Source of the DNA: an uncultured Candidatus Rokubacteria bacterium
Lineage (GTDB): Bacteria; Methylomirabilota; Methylomirabilia; Rokubacteriales; CSP1-6
Direction: 5' to 3'
DNA: 64,000 nt
Assembly: GCA_963754315.1 (NCBI GenBank)
Contig: CAVWFS010000011.1
Location: forward strand, 96,001 to 160,000
Position numbers and translations under genes: made by a program. Shown piece after piece: positions 38,930 to 55,244 of the stretch. Under the pieces are notes generated by a model that saw nothing but the letters and a program-made list of their open reading frames with translations, ran no database searches and was not told the DNA's origin. Numbering within the stretch: position 1 is the first letter of the stretch; the number at the start of each line of letters is the position of its first letter.

Positions 38930-39222
38930 TGCGGGAGTTCATGAGCGCAGGACTTCAAAAGGAGAAGCACGAGATGAAGGTCAGCAAGCGTCAGAAGAAG
39001 GTGGCTGACACCGTCACGCGAGCGCACGAACCGAGGGTAAAGAAGCCTACAAAGGAAGCGAGCAAGCAAGCCGACGTTTTCCGACGCCCTCAGCGGAGTG
39101 ATGAGGAGGTCATCGGCCGGCCTGTTCAGCTCGACGACGAGAATCTGGGCCGGCCCGTCCAGCTGGAAGGCAACCCACTCGAGCAGCATGGCGGCCAGCA
39201 TCGTCGCCAGGCAGCACCCTGA
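38929..39222 (+). CDS. Hypothetical hydrophilic protein
   Basis: Coupled ATG; internal repeat GRPVQL twice. Confidence 0.55.
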   Translation: MREFMSAGLQKEKHEMKVSKRQKKVADTVTRAHEPRVKKPTKEASKQADVFRRPQRSDEEVIGRPVQLDDENLGRPVQLEGNPLEQHGGQHRRQAAP

Positions 39223-39230
39223 GGGAGAGG

Positions 39231-39446
39231 ATGAGCAAGGCACGTCAAACGGGGGACAGGAAGATCAGCAAGGTCATGCGTGAGTACAAGCACGGGACCC
39301 TGAAATCGTCCTCGGGTGCCAAGGTCCGCAAGCGCAAGCAGGCGGTGGCCATTGCGCTCAGCGAGGCACGCCGGAGCGGGGCCTCCGTACCGCCGAAGGC
39401 GCAATCCAAGCGGTCACGTCGGTCGCGCCGCCGCAAGGCCGCCTAA
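39231..39446 (+). CDS. DUF6496-like small basic protein
   Basis: KVMREYK.G.L.S.SG.KV..RKQAVAIALSEAR..G..VP. Confidence 0.82.
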   Translation: MSKARQTGDRKISKVMREYKHGTLKSSSGAKVRKRKQAVAIALSEARRSGASVPPKAQSKRSRRSRRRKAA

Positions 39447-39753
39447 AGTTCTGGGTCGCAGGAGAGTTGCCCGCGTATTGGCGGGCACTCTCCTGTTCGC
39501 ACAGGGTCCGTTGGTCCGCCCTTTGCTGGCTCGTGGTTTCGAGTTTGACCCTACGACCGCCTACGACCGGATCCGCTCACCTAGCTACCGCGGGCGAGCC
39601 TGACCCAGTCCGCGGCTAAGTGTTCGTAAAAACAGTAAAAGCTGCGGCGGCCACGCGGCAACGGGAAGGCGACCGGGACGATGGCGCATCTGTGCCCCAC
39701 CCTCGTCATTTCTACAAAGCGTCGATCCCGGTTTCTAAATTTTTCAACGGAGC

Positions 39754-45984
<6,231 letters not shown>

Positions 45985-45988
45985 CATT

Positions 45989-48052
45989 GTGGACCTGACC
46001 CAGCCCGTGCGCGCGGAACCGCCGGCTCGGATCCTCGTCGTCGACGACCAGCCGTCCCAGCGGCTGGCACTGCGGACCGCCCTGGCCGAGGTAGGCGAGG
46101 AAGTCATTGCCGTCGCTTCCGGCACGGAAGCCCTCTGGTTCCTCCTCGACAACGACGTGGCGGTCATTCTGCTGGACGTCAACATGCCGGAGATGGACGG
46201 GTTCGAGACGGCCGCTCTCATCCGCCAGCGTCCGCGCTCACGTCATACTCCCATCATCTTCCTGACCGCGGATACCGACGAGATGCTGCAGGTACGCGCG
46301 TATTCGCTCGGCGCGGTGGACTTCATCCTGAACCCGTTCATCGCCGAGATTCTCTGTGCCAAGGTCAAGGTCTTTGTGGAGCTATCAAAGATGCAAGCCA
46401 GGGTCGAGCGTGAGGCCGAGCAGCGCATCGCGCTCTCGCGGGAGCAGGCAGCGCGGGCGGTGGCCGAGGAGGAAGGGCGCCGCCTCAGCTTTCTGGCCGA
46501 CGTGGGCCGCATTCTCACGCGGTCACTCGACACCCCCACGCTTGTCCGTGATCTCCTTGATCTGTTCGTCCCGCGCCTGGCTGATCTGGCCGCCGTCTCC
46601 CTCGCGAACGAGGACCAGACCTCCTGGCGGACCCTCGATGCGATCGGCGCCATCAGCGCCGATCCTCCCGTTCCGGAGGCAGCCCGAGCCGTGAGCGAGG
46701 CCCTGCGACGCGCGGTGACGGGCGGCGAGGCCGAGGCGCTGGATGGGATAGGCGGAACCAGGCAAGGTGTCGTGCTGCCACTGATCGCCCGCGGCCGCAC
46801 GGTGGGAGCGGTCGCGGCGGCCCTCGTGGGCTCCGGGCGTCGCTACGCGGAAGCCGATTTCGAGCTGATCCGGCTGGTGGCTGGCCGGGCCGCGATTGCC
46901 CTCGACAACAGCCGCCTTCATCGCGACGTACAGGAACGCGACCGGCAGAAGGACGAGTTCCTGGCGATGCTGTCCCACGAGTTACGCAACCCGCTGGGCG
47001 CCATTACCATGGCTGCCCACCTGCTGGAGCCCGTCCGTCTCACCGACGATCGAGCGGTCCGTGCCCGCAGCGTGCTGATCCGGCAGTCGACCCATCTGGC
47101 CCGCATGGTTGACGACCTGCTCGACATCGCCCGGGTGACCGCCGGCCGGGTTACCCTCACCCGCGTACCAGTCGACCTGGCCGACGTCGTCGGGCGAGCC
47201 GTAGAGGCGCTGCGGGTGGCCGGCGGGCTCGATCATCACCAGATCGCGCTCCGGCTGGAGCCGGCCACGGTCGAGGTCGACACCGCGCGGATGGAGCAGG
47301 TGGTCACCAATCTTCTGGTCAACGCCGTGAAGTACACCGATGCCGGCGGCCGCATCGAGGTGGAGGTCGGAGCCAGGAACGACGAGGCCGTGGTATGTGT
47401 CCGCGACACCGGCGTCGGGATGAGCCCGGAGATGCTGCAACGCCTCTTTCAGCCTTTCGCTCAGGAGCGGCAAGCGCTCGATCGTTCCCGGGGTGGTCTC
47501 GGCATCGGTCTCACGCTCGTGCGTCAGCTGATCGAGCTGCACGGAGGCCGGGTGGAGGCCTCGAGCCCGGGCCCAGGCCAGGGCAGTCTTTTTACCGTGC
47601 GCCTCCCACGCGTGGCGCGGGCGTCGGTGGCGGCCTGTGAGAATGCCGAACCGCCGCCGCCGGGCGAAGGGCGGCTGCGCATCCTCATCGTGGAGGACAA
47701 CGACGACGCCCGTGAAATGCTGCGCACGCTTCTCGACATGGCCGGGCACGAGACGCACGAGGCGGCCGACGGTCTGGAGGGGCTTCGCTTGGCTACCGAG
47801 CTCAAGCCTCAGGTGGCGCTCATCGACCTCGGCTTGCCGGGCCTCGACGGCCTCGAGCTCGCCGGTCGCATTCGGGCCATTCCGGGAGCCGGCACCATGC
47901 AGCTGGTGGCCCTTACCGGGTACGGACAGATGCAGGATCGCCAGCGGACACGCGCGGCCGGCTTCGATCAGCACGTGGTCAAGCCAGTCGATCCGGAGAC
48001 CCTCGAGAAGGTTCTGGCCGCGGCCGCCCAACGCGCGGCCCCGACGAAGTAG
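45989..48052 (+). CDS. Hybrid sensor kinase REC-GAF-HisKA-HATPase-REC
   Basis: LLDVNMPEMDGFE, FLAMLSHELRNPL, NAVKYT, GGLGIGL, IDLGLP. Confidence 0.93.
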   Translation: MDLTQPVRAEPPARILVVDDQPSQRLALRTALAEVGEEVIAVASGTEALWFLLDNDVAVILLDVNMPEMDGFETAALIRQRPRSRHTPIIFLTADTDEMLQVRAYSLGAVDFILNPFIAEILCAKVKVFVELSKMQARVEREAEQRIALSREQAARAVAEEEGRRLSFLADVGRILTRSLDTPTLVRDLLDLFVPRLADLAAVSLANEDQTSWRTLDAIGAISADPPVPEAARAVSEALRRAVTGGEAEALDGIGGTRQGVVLPLIARGRTVGAVAAALVGSGRRYAEADFELIRLVAGRAAIALDNSRLHRDVQERDRQKDEFLAMLSHELRNPLGAITMAAHLLEPVRLTDDRAVRARSVLIRQSTHLARMVDDLLDIARVTAGRVTLTRVPVDLADVVGRAVEALRVAGGLDHHQIALRLEPATVEVDTARMEQVVTNLLVNAVKYTDAGGRIEVEVGARNDEAVVCVRDTGVGMSPEMLQRLFQPFAQERQALDRSRGGLGIGLTLVRQLIELHGGRVEASSPGPGQGSLFTVRLPRVARASVAACENAEPPPPGEGRLRILIVEDNDDAREMLRTLLDMAGHETHEAADGLEGLRLATELKPQVALIDLGLPGLDGLELAGRIRAIPGAGTMQLVALTGYGQMQDRQRTRAAGFDQHVVKPVDPETLEKVLAAAAQRAAPTK

Positions 48053-48683
48053 GCCCCATCGTGGACGTACGCTTGCCTCCCTCTTTGGTCGCGAGGAACC
48101 ACTCCACACCGTGACGGTGCGCGATGCCGTTCCGGCGGCAGCTGATCAAGGACCGCTCGTTGCGGAGGATGAGCCAATCGCTGTAGGCCTGTTCTAGCTC
48201 GCCGCGCCCGAAGTAGTCGATACGCTCGCCATGCTCGACGTAAATGTGGCGGTCGGTGAACACCGCCAACGCATGGTGCCCACCCGCGCGTGTGACTGCC
48301 TGCAACTGCGAGATGACCCGAGCGCGCTGCTCTCGCGCAACGTAGTGGAGGGCGCCGCAGGAATACACGAGATCGAAGAAACCGCGCGGAATCCAATGAG
48401 CCGCGTCGGCGTCCACCCACCCGATATTCACGCCGTGGGCGCGGGCCAGCCGCGCAGCCTTCTGCAGGCCGGCGGCTGACACGTCTACTCCGACGACCTC
48501 GCAGCCGCAGGTGGCGAAGAATACGCTGTCCCGCCCCTCGCCGCAGCCGAGGTCGAGGACGCGGGCTCCCGGCTGTAGGTGGGAGCTCACCTCGCGGGCA
48601 AATTTCGAGGGCTTTGTGCCCCAGATGTACGTATTCGGTGTCTCTGCATAGGCTCGCGCCCAGGGACTCCACGTCATCGTCAC
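47979..48683 (-). CDS. Class I SAM methyltransferase (TehB-like)
   Basis: VLDLGCGEGRD, GVD.S, F..GEL...Y.DW. Confidence 0.85.
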   Translation of the reverse strand: MTMTWSPWARAYAETPNTYIWGTKPSKFAREVSSHLQPGARVLDLGCGEGRDSVFFATCGCEVVGVDVSAAGLQKAARLARAHGVNIGWVDADAAHWIPRGFFDLVYSCGALHYVAREQRARVISQLQAVTRAGGHHALAVFTDRHIYVEHGERIDYFGRGELEQAYSDWLILRNERSLISCRRNGIAHRHGVEWFLATKEGGKRTSTMGPTSSGPRVGRPRPEPSRGSPDRLA

Positions 48684-48700
48684 CGGTCCTCTCCCTGGCC

Positions 48701-49963
48701 TCAGGGTCGCCGCCCGGCCATGCCCGCCAGCCGGGCCAGGTCCACGTCCTCGTCGGCGAGGCGGTCTGGATCGACCGGGACACGCTGGCGAATCAGGTCC
48801 GCGACGGCCTTGAGCTCGCCATCCGTCTTTGGATCTTCGGGATCACCCCCGCGGTTGAGACCGACCGCGGCGCGCACGCGACCCGCTTGGAGGTAGAAGC
48901 CGAGAAACGTGCGGCTGGCGGGCCGGCCGCGGAAGACCAGGCGATCCCAGGCCGCCGCAAAGCCGACGTATTCGATGAGATGCTCGTATTGGTCCGACCA
49001 GAAGGAGTGCAGATAGTCATAGGGCTGGCCACGATCCAGCATGGAGCGCGCGGTGGCTCGCCCGTGCCGGTCGCCGTTGTTCCAGTGCTCGACGCGGAGG
49101 CGGCCGAAGATCGGGTGCAGATGGTTGGCGACATCCCCGGCCGCGTAGATATCGGGCAGCGAGGTTCGGCCATACTCGTCCACCAGCACGCCATTGTCGC
49201 TCGAGGCGCCGGCCGTGGCCGGCAGCTCGCTGTTCGGTACGATACCGATTCCGGCCACCACGAAATCGCAGGGCAGGAGGCGACCCTTCTTGGTGCGCAC
49301 GCGCTCGACCCGGGTCGCGCCCTCGAAGGCAGCCACCGAGTCATCCAGAACCAGCTCGACACCCTTCTCGCGATGGATCTCCGCCAGAATCTGGCCCACA
49401 TCGTGGCCCAGCACACGCTCCAGTGGCACCGCCTGACCCTCGACGGCGGCCACCTCGATTCCGAGCTGACGGAGCGAGGCCGCCACCTCCGATCCGATGA
49501 AGCCAAGGCCCACCACGACGGCCCGGCGAGCGGCGCGGGCCGCCGTGCGAATCCGGTCGCAGTCGTCCACCGTGCGGAGCTGGAAGATGCCCGCCAGAGT
49601 GGCGCCTGGTTCGGTCACGGCTCGGTTACGGCCGCCGGTGGCGACAAGGAGACGATCGTAGGAGAGGCGCTCGCCTCCGATGAGCTCAACGATCTTCTGG
49701 CCAGGGTCGATCGTGGTGGCCCGCGTCCCGAGCCTCACCTCGATGGCCTGTTTCGCGTAGTAGTCGGCGGGCTTGACCAGCTGGTCCTCGAAGCGGTCCT
49801 CCCCGCGCAGATAGCCCTTGGACAGCGGCGGGCGGTTGTAAGGCAGCTGGGGCTCCGCCCCGATCAGCTGGATGTCACCGTCGAAGCCGTCCTCGCGCAA
49901 GGCGGCTGCCGCGGTGGCACCCGCCAGCGATGCGCCAATGATCACGAAGCGCCGTTTGCTCAT
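48701..49963 (-). CDS. FAD-dependent ferredoxin reductase-type oxidoreductase
   Basis: IIGASLAG, PYNRPPLSK, ATG, G.GFIGSE, IYAAGD, RVEHW, FWSDQY. Confidence 0.92.
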   Translation of the reverse strand: MSKRRFVIIGASLAGATAAAALREDGFDGDIQLIGAEPQLPYNRPPLSKGYLRGEDRFEDQLVKPADYYAKQAIEVRLGTRATTIDPGQKIVELIGGERLSYDRLLVATGGRNRAVTEPGATLAGIFQLRTVDDCDRIRTAARAARRAVVVGLGFIGSEVAASLRQLGIEVAAVEGQAVPLERVLGHDVGQILAEIHREKGVELVLDDSVAAFEGATRVERVRTKKGRLLPCDFVVAGIGIVPNSELPATAGASSDNGVLVDEYGRTSLPDIYAAGDVANHLHPIFGRLRVEHWNNGDRHGRATARSMLDRGQPYDYLHSFWSDQYEHLIEYVGFAAAWDRLVFRGRPASRTFLGFYLQAGRVRAAVGLNRGGDPEDPKTDGELKAVADLIRQRVPVDPDRLADEDVDLARLAGMAGRRP

Positions 49964-50025
49964 CGCGCTACATCCGGAGCGAACAATCCATGGGGGCCTC
50001 GCTTCGCCGCGCCACCGCTCGCCTC

Positions 50026-51276
50026 TCAAATGAGCTCGCGCACCCGGTCGCCCAGGACCGTGAGGGCGATCTTCTCGCGGTTTGGCTGGCCGCGCACGAG
50101 AGATTTTGCGAACATCGCCGCCTGCTCCATCGTGACTTTGGCGGGAAGGGGGGCTCGAACGGATCGACCACCGCCTGGACGACGACGGGACCCGGCGCGG
50201 CCAGCGCCTGGTCGAGGATCGGCCCGCAGTCTTCCGCTCGCTCAATGGTGAAGCCGGTGCCACCGCACGCCCGGGCGACGGCGGCGAAATCGATCGGATG
50301 CAGATCGCAGCCATACTCGGGATTGCCGAGGAACACCATCTGCTCCCACTTGATTTGCCCCAAGGTGTCGTTCTTGATGATGATGACCTTCACCGGGACG
50401 CAGGTTGATAATTCACGCACGTGACGAATTCGTCGTGCCGATCTCAGCAAGGTGTCGCACGCTTCGAGGGCCTCCTGGGATGGACGTGTGCCGAGCAGAC
50501 CGATTGAGCCGGTCGTGTAGGGGCTGTCGTCGGGAACGGCAGCCTTTCCCAGGAGAGGCTTGACGATGGGGGCTGCCAAGGTCTCCGCCAGCCGTTCCAG
50601 CTCGTCGCACGCGCCGAGAGCGCCCTGGCCCGCGAGAATCGCCACGCGGTGGCCGGTGTTGAGGATGTCAGCGGCGCGGAGGAGATCATCCTCCGACGGG
50701 AGGCGCGCGCTGCGCGCCATGACATCGGAGGTGTGGTGCGCCACATTCCGCTTCGATCCTTTCTTGGGCACGTCGAGATCCTGAATATCGACGGCGATCG
50801 TGATGTGGGCCACCCCGCGATAGGTGAGGGCCGTACGACACGCGAGGTCGACCACTGGCTCGACGTGGGTCGGTCCCATGATGCGAGCGTTGTACTTGGC
50901 CACGTCGACGAAGAGGCGATCGAGCTCGACGTCCTGCTGGGTGTGCGTGTTGATCAGATCGTGATAGGGCAGTCCGGTGATCGCGAGGACGGGCTGCCCG
51001 TCGAGCTTCGCGTCGTACAGGCCGTTCAAGAGGTGGATGCCTCCCGGGTCCCGAGGTGGCCAAGCACACCCCGAGCTTCCCCGTGTACTTGGCGTAGGCG
51101 CAGGCCATGAACGCGGCCGATTCCTCGTGCCGGACCTGGATGAAACGTATATCGTCCTGCCGCTTACGCAGGGCCTCCATGATCCCGTTGATGCCGTCCC
51201 CTGGGAGTCCGAAGACGACCGTGACTCCCCAGTGGTGAAGGGTATCGATGAGGACGTCAGCTGCCGTGTGGCTCAT
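50026..51276 (-). pseudogene. Pyruvate oxidase (PoxB-like) pseudogene with a large internal deletion and several frameshifts
   Basis: FGLPGDGING, RHEE, TSGPG/GIHL.NGLYDA frameshift near 51045; sequence jumps from IGT to EFVTCV near 50435, removing the GDG motif. Confidence 0.88.
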
Positions 51277-51410
51277 CAGGCGGCTCCCGGCCAATCAGCG
51301 TGGAGGAACCGGGCGGGTGTTGATAGTTGCCGACGCGGCGCGCCGGCTCGGTGGGCCCGGACCATGAACCACCGATAACCTGAGTTCCCCGCCCAGACAG
51401 CCCCTTCTTG

Positions 51411-51426
51411 CGCAAGAATGGCGCCA
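51411..51426 (-). promoter_or_regulatory. Putative sigma54 promoter
   Basis: TGGCGCCATTCTTGCG on the minus strand, upstream of the pox unit. Confidence 0.65.
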
Positions 51427-51437
51427 GCGAGTGCCCA

Positions 51438-52307
51438 TCAGCCATTGACGATCTCGCCCCCATTGGGGTGGAGGACCTGACCGGTCATGTAGTTGGCGTC
51501 GGCACTGGCCAGGAACACGTAGCAGGGCGCCACCTCCGAGGGCTCGCCCGCGCGGCCCAGGGCAACGTCGGACCCGAAGGTCGCCACCTTCTTCGCGGGA
51601 AACGAGGCGGCGATGAGTGGTGTCCAGATGGGCCCGGGCGCCACCGCGTTGACCCTGATCTTCCTGGCGGCCAGAGATTGCGAGAGGGCTCGCGTGAAGG
51701 ACACGATGGCCCCCTTGGTTGCCGAGTAGTCCAGCAGGTGGTGACTCCCGCGATAGGCGGTCACCGACGATGTGTTGATAATGGCGCTGCCTGCGCGCAG
51801 ATGGGGTAATGCCGCCCTGGTCATGAAGAACATGCCATAGACATTGGTGCGAAAGGTGCGCTCGAGCTGGCGCGCCGTGATGCCCAGCAGGCTCTCTTGC
51901 ACATGCTGCTCGGCGGCGTTGTTGACCAGAATGTCAAGGCGGCCAAGCGCGCGCACCGTTTCCCGGACGGCGCGACGACAGAACGCTTCGTTGCCGACAT
52001 CTCCCGCCATGGCGACGCAGCGGCGGCCGCGTGCTTCCACGTCACGGCGGGTCTTGGCGGCATCCGCATGCTCGTTGCGGTACACAATCGCGACGTCGGC
52101 CCCCTCTTCGGCAAAGGCAAGGGCGACGGCGCGACCGATGCCGCTGTCGCCACCAGTGATGAGGCCCACGCGACCCCCGAGCCGCGGCTGCGTGGACGGG
52201 GGCGGATCGGCCTGAGGTTGCGGACGCAGGAGCGCTTCGCGGCCAGGCTGACGGCGCTGGCGCTGGGCAGGGCGCAGCGGGCGGCGCGGAGAGGCCTTTT
52301 GCGGCAT
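51438..52307 (-). CDS. SDR oxidoreductase (YhdF/general stress protein 39-like)
   Basis: TGGDSGIGRAVA, NNAAEQH, YSATK, VAPGPIWTPL, GQVLHPNGG. Confidence 0.93.
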   Translation of the reverse strand: MPQKASPRRPLRPAQRQRRQPGREALLRPQPQADPPPSTQPRLGGRVGLITGGDSGIGRAVALAFAEEGADVAIVYRNEHADAAKTRRDVEARGRRCVAMAGDVGNEAFCRRAVRETVRALGRLDILVNNAAEQHVQESLLGITARQLERTFRTNVYGMFFMTRAALPHLRAGSAIINTSSVTAYRGSHHLLDYSATKGAIVSFTRALSQSLAARKIRVNAVAPGPIWTPLIAASFPAKKVATFGSDVALGRAGEPSEVAPCYVFLASADANYMTGQVLHPNGGEIVNG

Positions 52308-52308
52308 C

Positions 52309-53319
52309 TCAGGACTCTTGGCGATCAGCTGGGTTGCTGGGCAGCTTCTTGATCAGCTCGCCGACGATCTTGGCCACGAGCTCATCTTGAAGGGCGAAAA
52401 CGTCGTCGAGGTCGCGGTCATAGCGCTCGGCCCACACGTGGTGGCCAGAGACGGCGTCCGAGAGCTGAGCGGTGACCCGGATCCGCTCTCCGGCTTTTCG
52501 CACGCTTCCCTCCAGCACATAGCGGACGCCCAAGTCGCGCCCGACCGCCTGCACGTTGACGGCGCTGCCCTTGTAGGCGAACACCGAGCTGCGAGCGGCC
52601 ACGGCCAACCCCGGGAGGTTCGCCAGTTCGGTGATGAGGTCCTCGCTGAGGCCGATACTGAAGTGTTCCTGGTCGGGATCGGCGCTCACGTTCTCGAATG
52701 GCAGGACGGCGATCGATGGCACATCTGCCGAAGGGGAGGCGACGGGCGCCGCCGCCTCGCTCGCCGGCGAGGTGGGCGGCGCGAGGTTCAGGCGGTAGAC
52801 CGTGACCGGCTTGGCGATGTTCTTAACACTATGCTCCCCAAGGCAGTCGAATCCGAATACGACCTTGGCGCCGACCTGATCGTGCACCGTGCCCGACACG
52901 CAGATACCGCCTGCCTCCGCCAGCGCCTGGATGCGAGCCGCGATGTTGACGTCGTCCCCGTAGATCTGCTCGCCTTCCACCAGGACCTCGCCGAGGTTGA
53001 TCCCGACGCGAAACTGCATCCGCCGTTCCTCGGGAAGCTCCGCATTGCGGGTGGCCAGGTCTTGCTGGAGCATGACGGCGCATTCGATGGCATCGACGAC
53101 GCTGGCGAATTCCGCCAGAAGGCTGTCGCCGGTGAAGTCGACGACCCGACCACGGTGATTCGTGATGCAGGCGGCCATGACCTCACGGTAGGCCATGATC
53201 GTTTTCACCGTGGCCGGTTCGTCGTCGCCCATGAGTCGGCTGTAGCCGTGGACGTCGGCGCTCAGAATCGCCGTGAGTCGGCGCTCAAGAGCGGAAGAGG
53301 TTTCGGCCATACGGGTCAA
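52309..53319 (-). CDS. Class III adenylate/guanylate cyclase with TolB-like domain, no TPR tail
   Basis: SADV.GYS, GD, RVGINLG, GDDVNIAAR; SIAVLPF.N.S, YVLEGSVR. Confidence 0.9.
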   Translation of the reverse strand: MTRMAETSSALERRLTAILSADVHGYSRLMGDDEPATVKTIMAYREVMAACITNHRGRVVDFTGDSLLAEFASVVDAIECAVMLQQDLATRNAELPEERRMQFRVGINLGEVLVEGEQIYGDDVNIAARIQALAEAGGICVSGTVHDQVGAKVVFGFDCLGEHSVKNIAKPVTVYRLNLAPPTSPASEAAAPVASPSADVPSIAVLPFENVSADPDQEHFSIGLSEDLITELANLPGLAVAARSSVFAYKGSAVNVQAVGRDLGVRYVLEGSVRKAGERIRVTAQLSDAVSGHHVWAERYDRDLDDVFALQDELVAKIVGELIKKLPSNPADRQES

Positions 53320-53361
53320 ACCCCGAAGGTGTGATGGGTCGGATTGAAGAAACTACGAAAC

Positions 53362-53559
53362 TCACGCCTCGTCGTCGACGTCTTCGATGTCTTCGTCTTC
53401 CTCGTCGAGATCCTCGTCCTCGTCTTCGTCACTGGGGAGCTCGTCCTCTTCGAGCTGAAGCTCGCCAAACTTCACGTCATCTTCGACGGTTTCGGACGCG
53501 AAGGTCTGCTCCCCGCTCTCGGCGTGCTCTTCCGGCCGGGGACGTCTGGTCGTAGCCAT
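53362..53559 (-). CDS. Probable separate 65-aa acidic protein, in frame with the PLD
   Basis: AGGAGGT before the ATG at 53559; sigma54-like site at 53599-53614. Confidence 0.55.
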   Translation of the reverse strand: MATTRRPRPEEHAESGEQTFASETVEDDVKFGELQLEEDELPSDEDEDEDLDEEDEDIEDVDDEA

Positions 53560-55236
53560 CTTCCACCTCCTGCCTGTGATCACTGCTGGATAGAGTGGTG
53601 CACGGGACGTGCCGGATGGCTCAGGGTGCCGCAGGGCTGCTGCCAGGCGTCCCCAGGCAGTCCGGGGGCGGGGAGGTGGCTGATCGTCTGGCTCGTCAGG
53701 GACAATCGCGTGATTGGGCTCGGCAATCTCGGAATCGAAGGGGAGCTCCTGAGGATCAACGATTTCCATCACCGCGCGCTGGGTCGCGGTGGGTGGACCG
53801 AGGGACTGCAGGCGAGCACCGGGCCGAGAGGCGATGGTGTCGAGTCGTGCCACCAGGCCATCGACGCGGACCAGACCACGAATCGCGGCCCCGGACAGGC
53901 CAGTATGCTCGGCAAGAAGACTGACGCGAAGGCGGCGCAGCGCGCGTCGCCGTCGGCAATCCGCGGCGCCGGTGCCCGCGGCTTCCCAGGACACGTGCAG
54001 TTCGCTGTCGAGGGCCATGCTGCGGTTGGTGAGGTTGGCCGAGCCCACGGTGAGGAAGCGATCGTCGACGAGCATGAGCTTCGAGTGGATATACGTTGTT
54101 CGGAAGGGGGCGGAGGGCCGATCGCAGAGCGCGTGATACATGCCGAGGGCATGCCGAGTCGCCCGGGCGACTTGGCGAAGGTGTTCCAGAATCTTCGCCT
54201 GTCGGAGGCCCACTGCCAGCTCTTCCTTCAGTGCCTCAGCACGCTCGTTGACGATGATCACGATCTCGAGGGGGGCGCGCTGAGAGGCGCGCATGCGAGC
54301 CATCAGGGCTTGATGCATCCGGCGGCTACTGAAGTATTGGGTCTCGATGTAGATGAGCTGTTCGGCCGACTCGACTGCGTCCACGAAGAGGTGTTCGACC
54401 TCACGGATGGTCCCGTCGTCGGCGCGGGGGTCGGTGCGGCTGAGGGCAACCGGTCCGCTGCCAAATGAGATCGCTCCCGACGCGGGCAGAGGCACGGAGC
54501 CGGTCGGAACGGCGGGCAGAGCGCCCAACCCGTCAGGCGGGGAGCCGCCGCTCGCGGCCCAGCGCTCGACGAAAAGCGTCTGCAGGGCCTGGGCAGGGCC
54601 GGTGCCCACGAGGTAGGCCTGCACCTCGTGATAGGGCTTGACGGGAGCCCCGCGGCTCAGCCGCCAAGGATTGTCAGCACGGTGACAGCGGTCGTCCCAG
54701 CGGGCCTCGCAGAGGTCCATCCCTCCCACGAACGCGAGGGCGCCGTCCACGACGACGAACTTTTGGTGGTGGGAGCTCCCGGCCACCGGATTGTTGTGGA
54801 ACCGAAAGCGGAAGCGGGGATGTGTCATCCAGTGGAAGAGCACGCGTTGCATCCACTCGCGCTCATGCGCAAAGACGAGGTGGAAGTCCCAGGCCAGGAC
54901 GTAGATGTGGAGGGCGGCTTTGTCGTGGCACAGGCGATTGAGGAATTTGAGAAGGCGGACGTCGACTCCAACGGGGACGTCCGGGCCTCGCAGAAGCGGA
55001 ACGCCGCTGTCGAACTGCCAGCCTGACAGGAGTATGAACTGTTGAGCATTGCTGGCCGCCGTGTAGAAGGCGCGGTAATAGTCAGCGCCATCGATGAGGA
55101 CGCCGGCCTCCGCCGCGTGCGTCTGCCGCCATACGGTGCGGCCGGGCTGAAGGATCGCGTGTCGCGAGCGGGACTCAGGGGGCGTCGATTGACGGTTCAC
55201 CGACGGGTCGGATGGCGTGTCCCCGCCGGCGTCCAT
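53362..55236 (-). CDS. Phospholipase D family protein
   Basis: Two HKD motifs (HQKFVVVD, HSKLMLVD), IYIETQYF, GSAN. Confidence 0.9.
   Translation of the reverse strand: MDAGGDTPSDPSVNRQSTPPESRSRHAILQPGRTVWRQTHAAEAGVLIDGADYYRAFYTAASNAQQFILLSGWQFDSGVPLLRGPDVPVGVDVRLLKFLNRLCHDKAALHIYVLAWDFHLVFAHEREWMQRVLFHWMTHPRFRFRFHNNPVAGSSHHQKFVVVDGALAFVGGMDLCEARWDDRCHRADNPWRLSRGAPVKPYHEVQAYLVGTGPAQALQTLFVERWAASGGSPPDGLGALPAVPTGSVPLPASGAISFGSGPVALSRTDPRADDGTIREVEHLFVDAVESAEQLIYIETQYFSSRRMHQALMARMRASQRAPLEIVIIVNERAEALKEELAVGLRQAKILEHLRQVARATRHALGMYHALCDRPSAPFRTTYIHSKLMLVDDRFLTVGSANLTNRSMALDSELHVSWEAAGTGAADCRRRRALRRLRVSLLAEHTGLSGAAIRGLVRVDGLVARLDTIASRPGARLQSLGPPTATQRAVMEIVDPQELPFDSEIAEPNHAIVPDEPDDQPPPRPRTAWGRLAAALRHPEPSGTSRAPLYPAVITGRRWKMATTRRPRPEEHAESGEQTFASETVEDDVKFGELQLEEDELPSDEDEDEDLDEEDEDIEDVDDEA
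53599..53614 (-). promoter_or_regulatory. Putative sigma54 promoter inside the PLD 3' region
   Basis: CGGCACGTCCCGTGCA on the minus strand. Confidence 0.55.
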
Positions 55237-55244
55237 TGTCGCGC

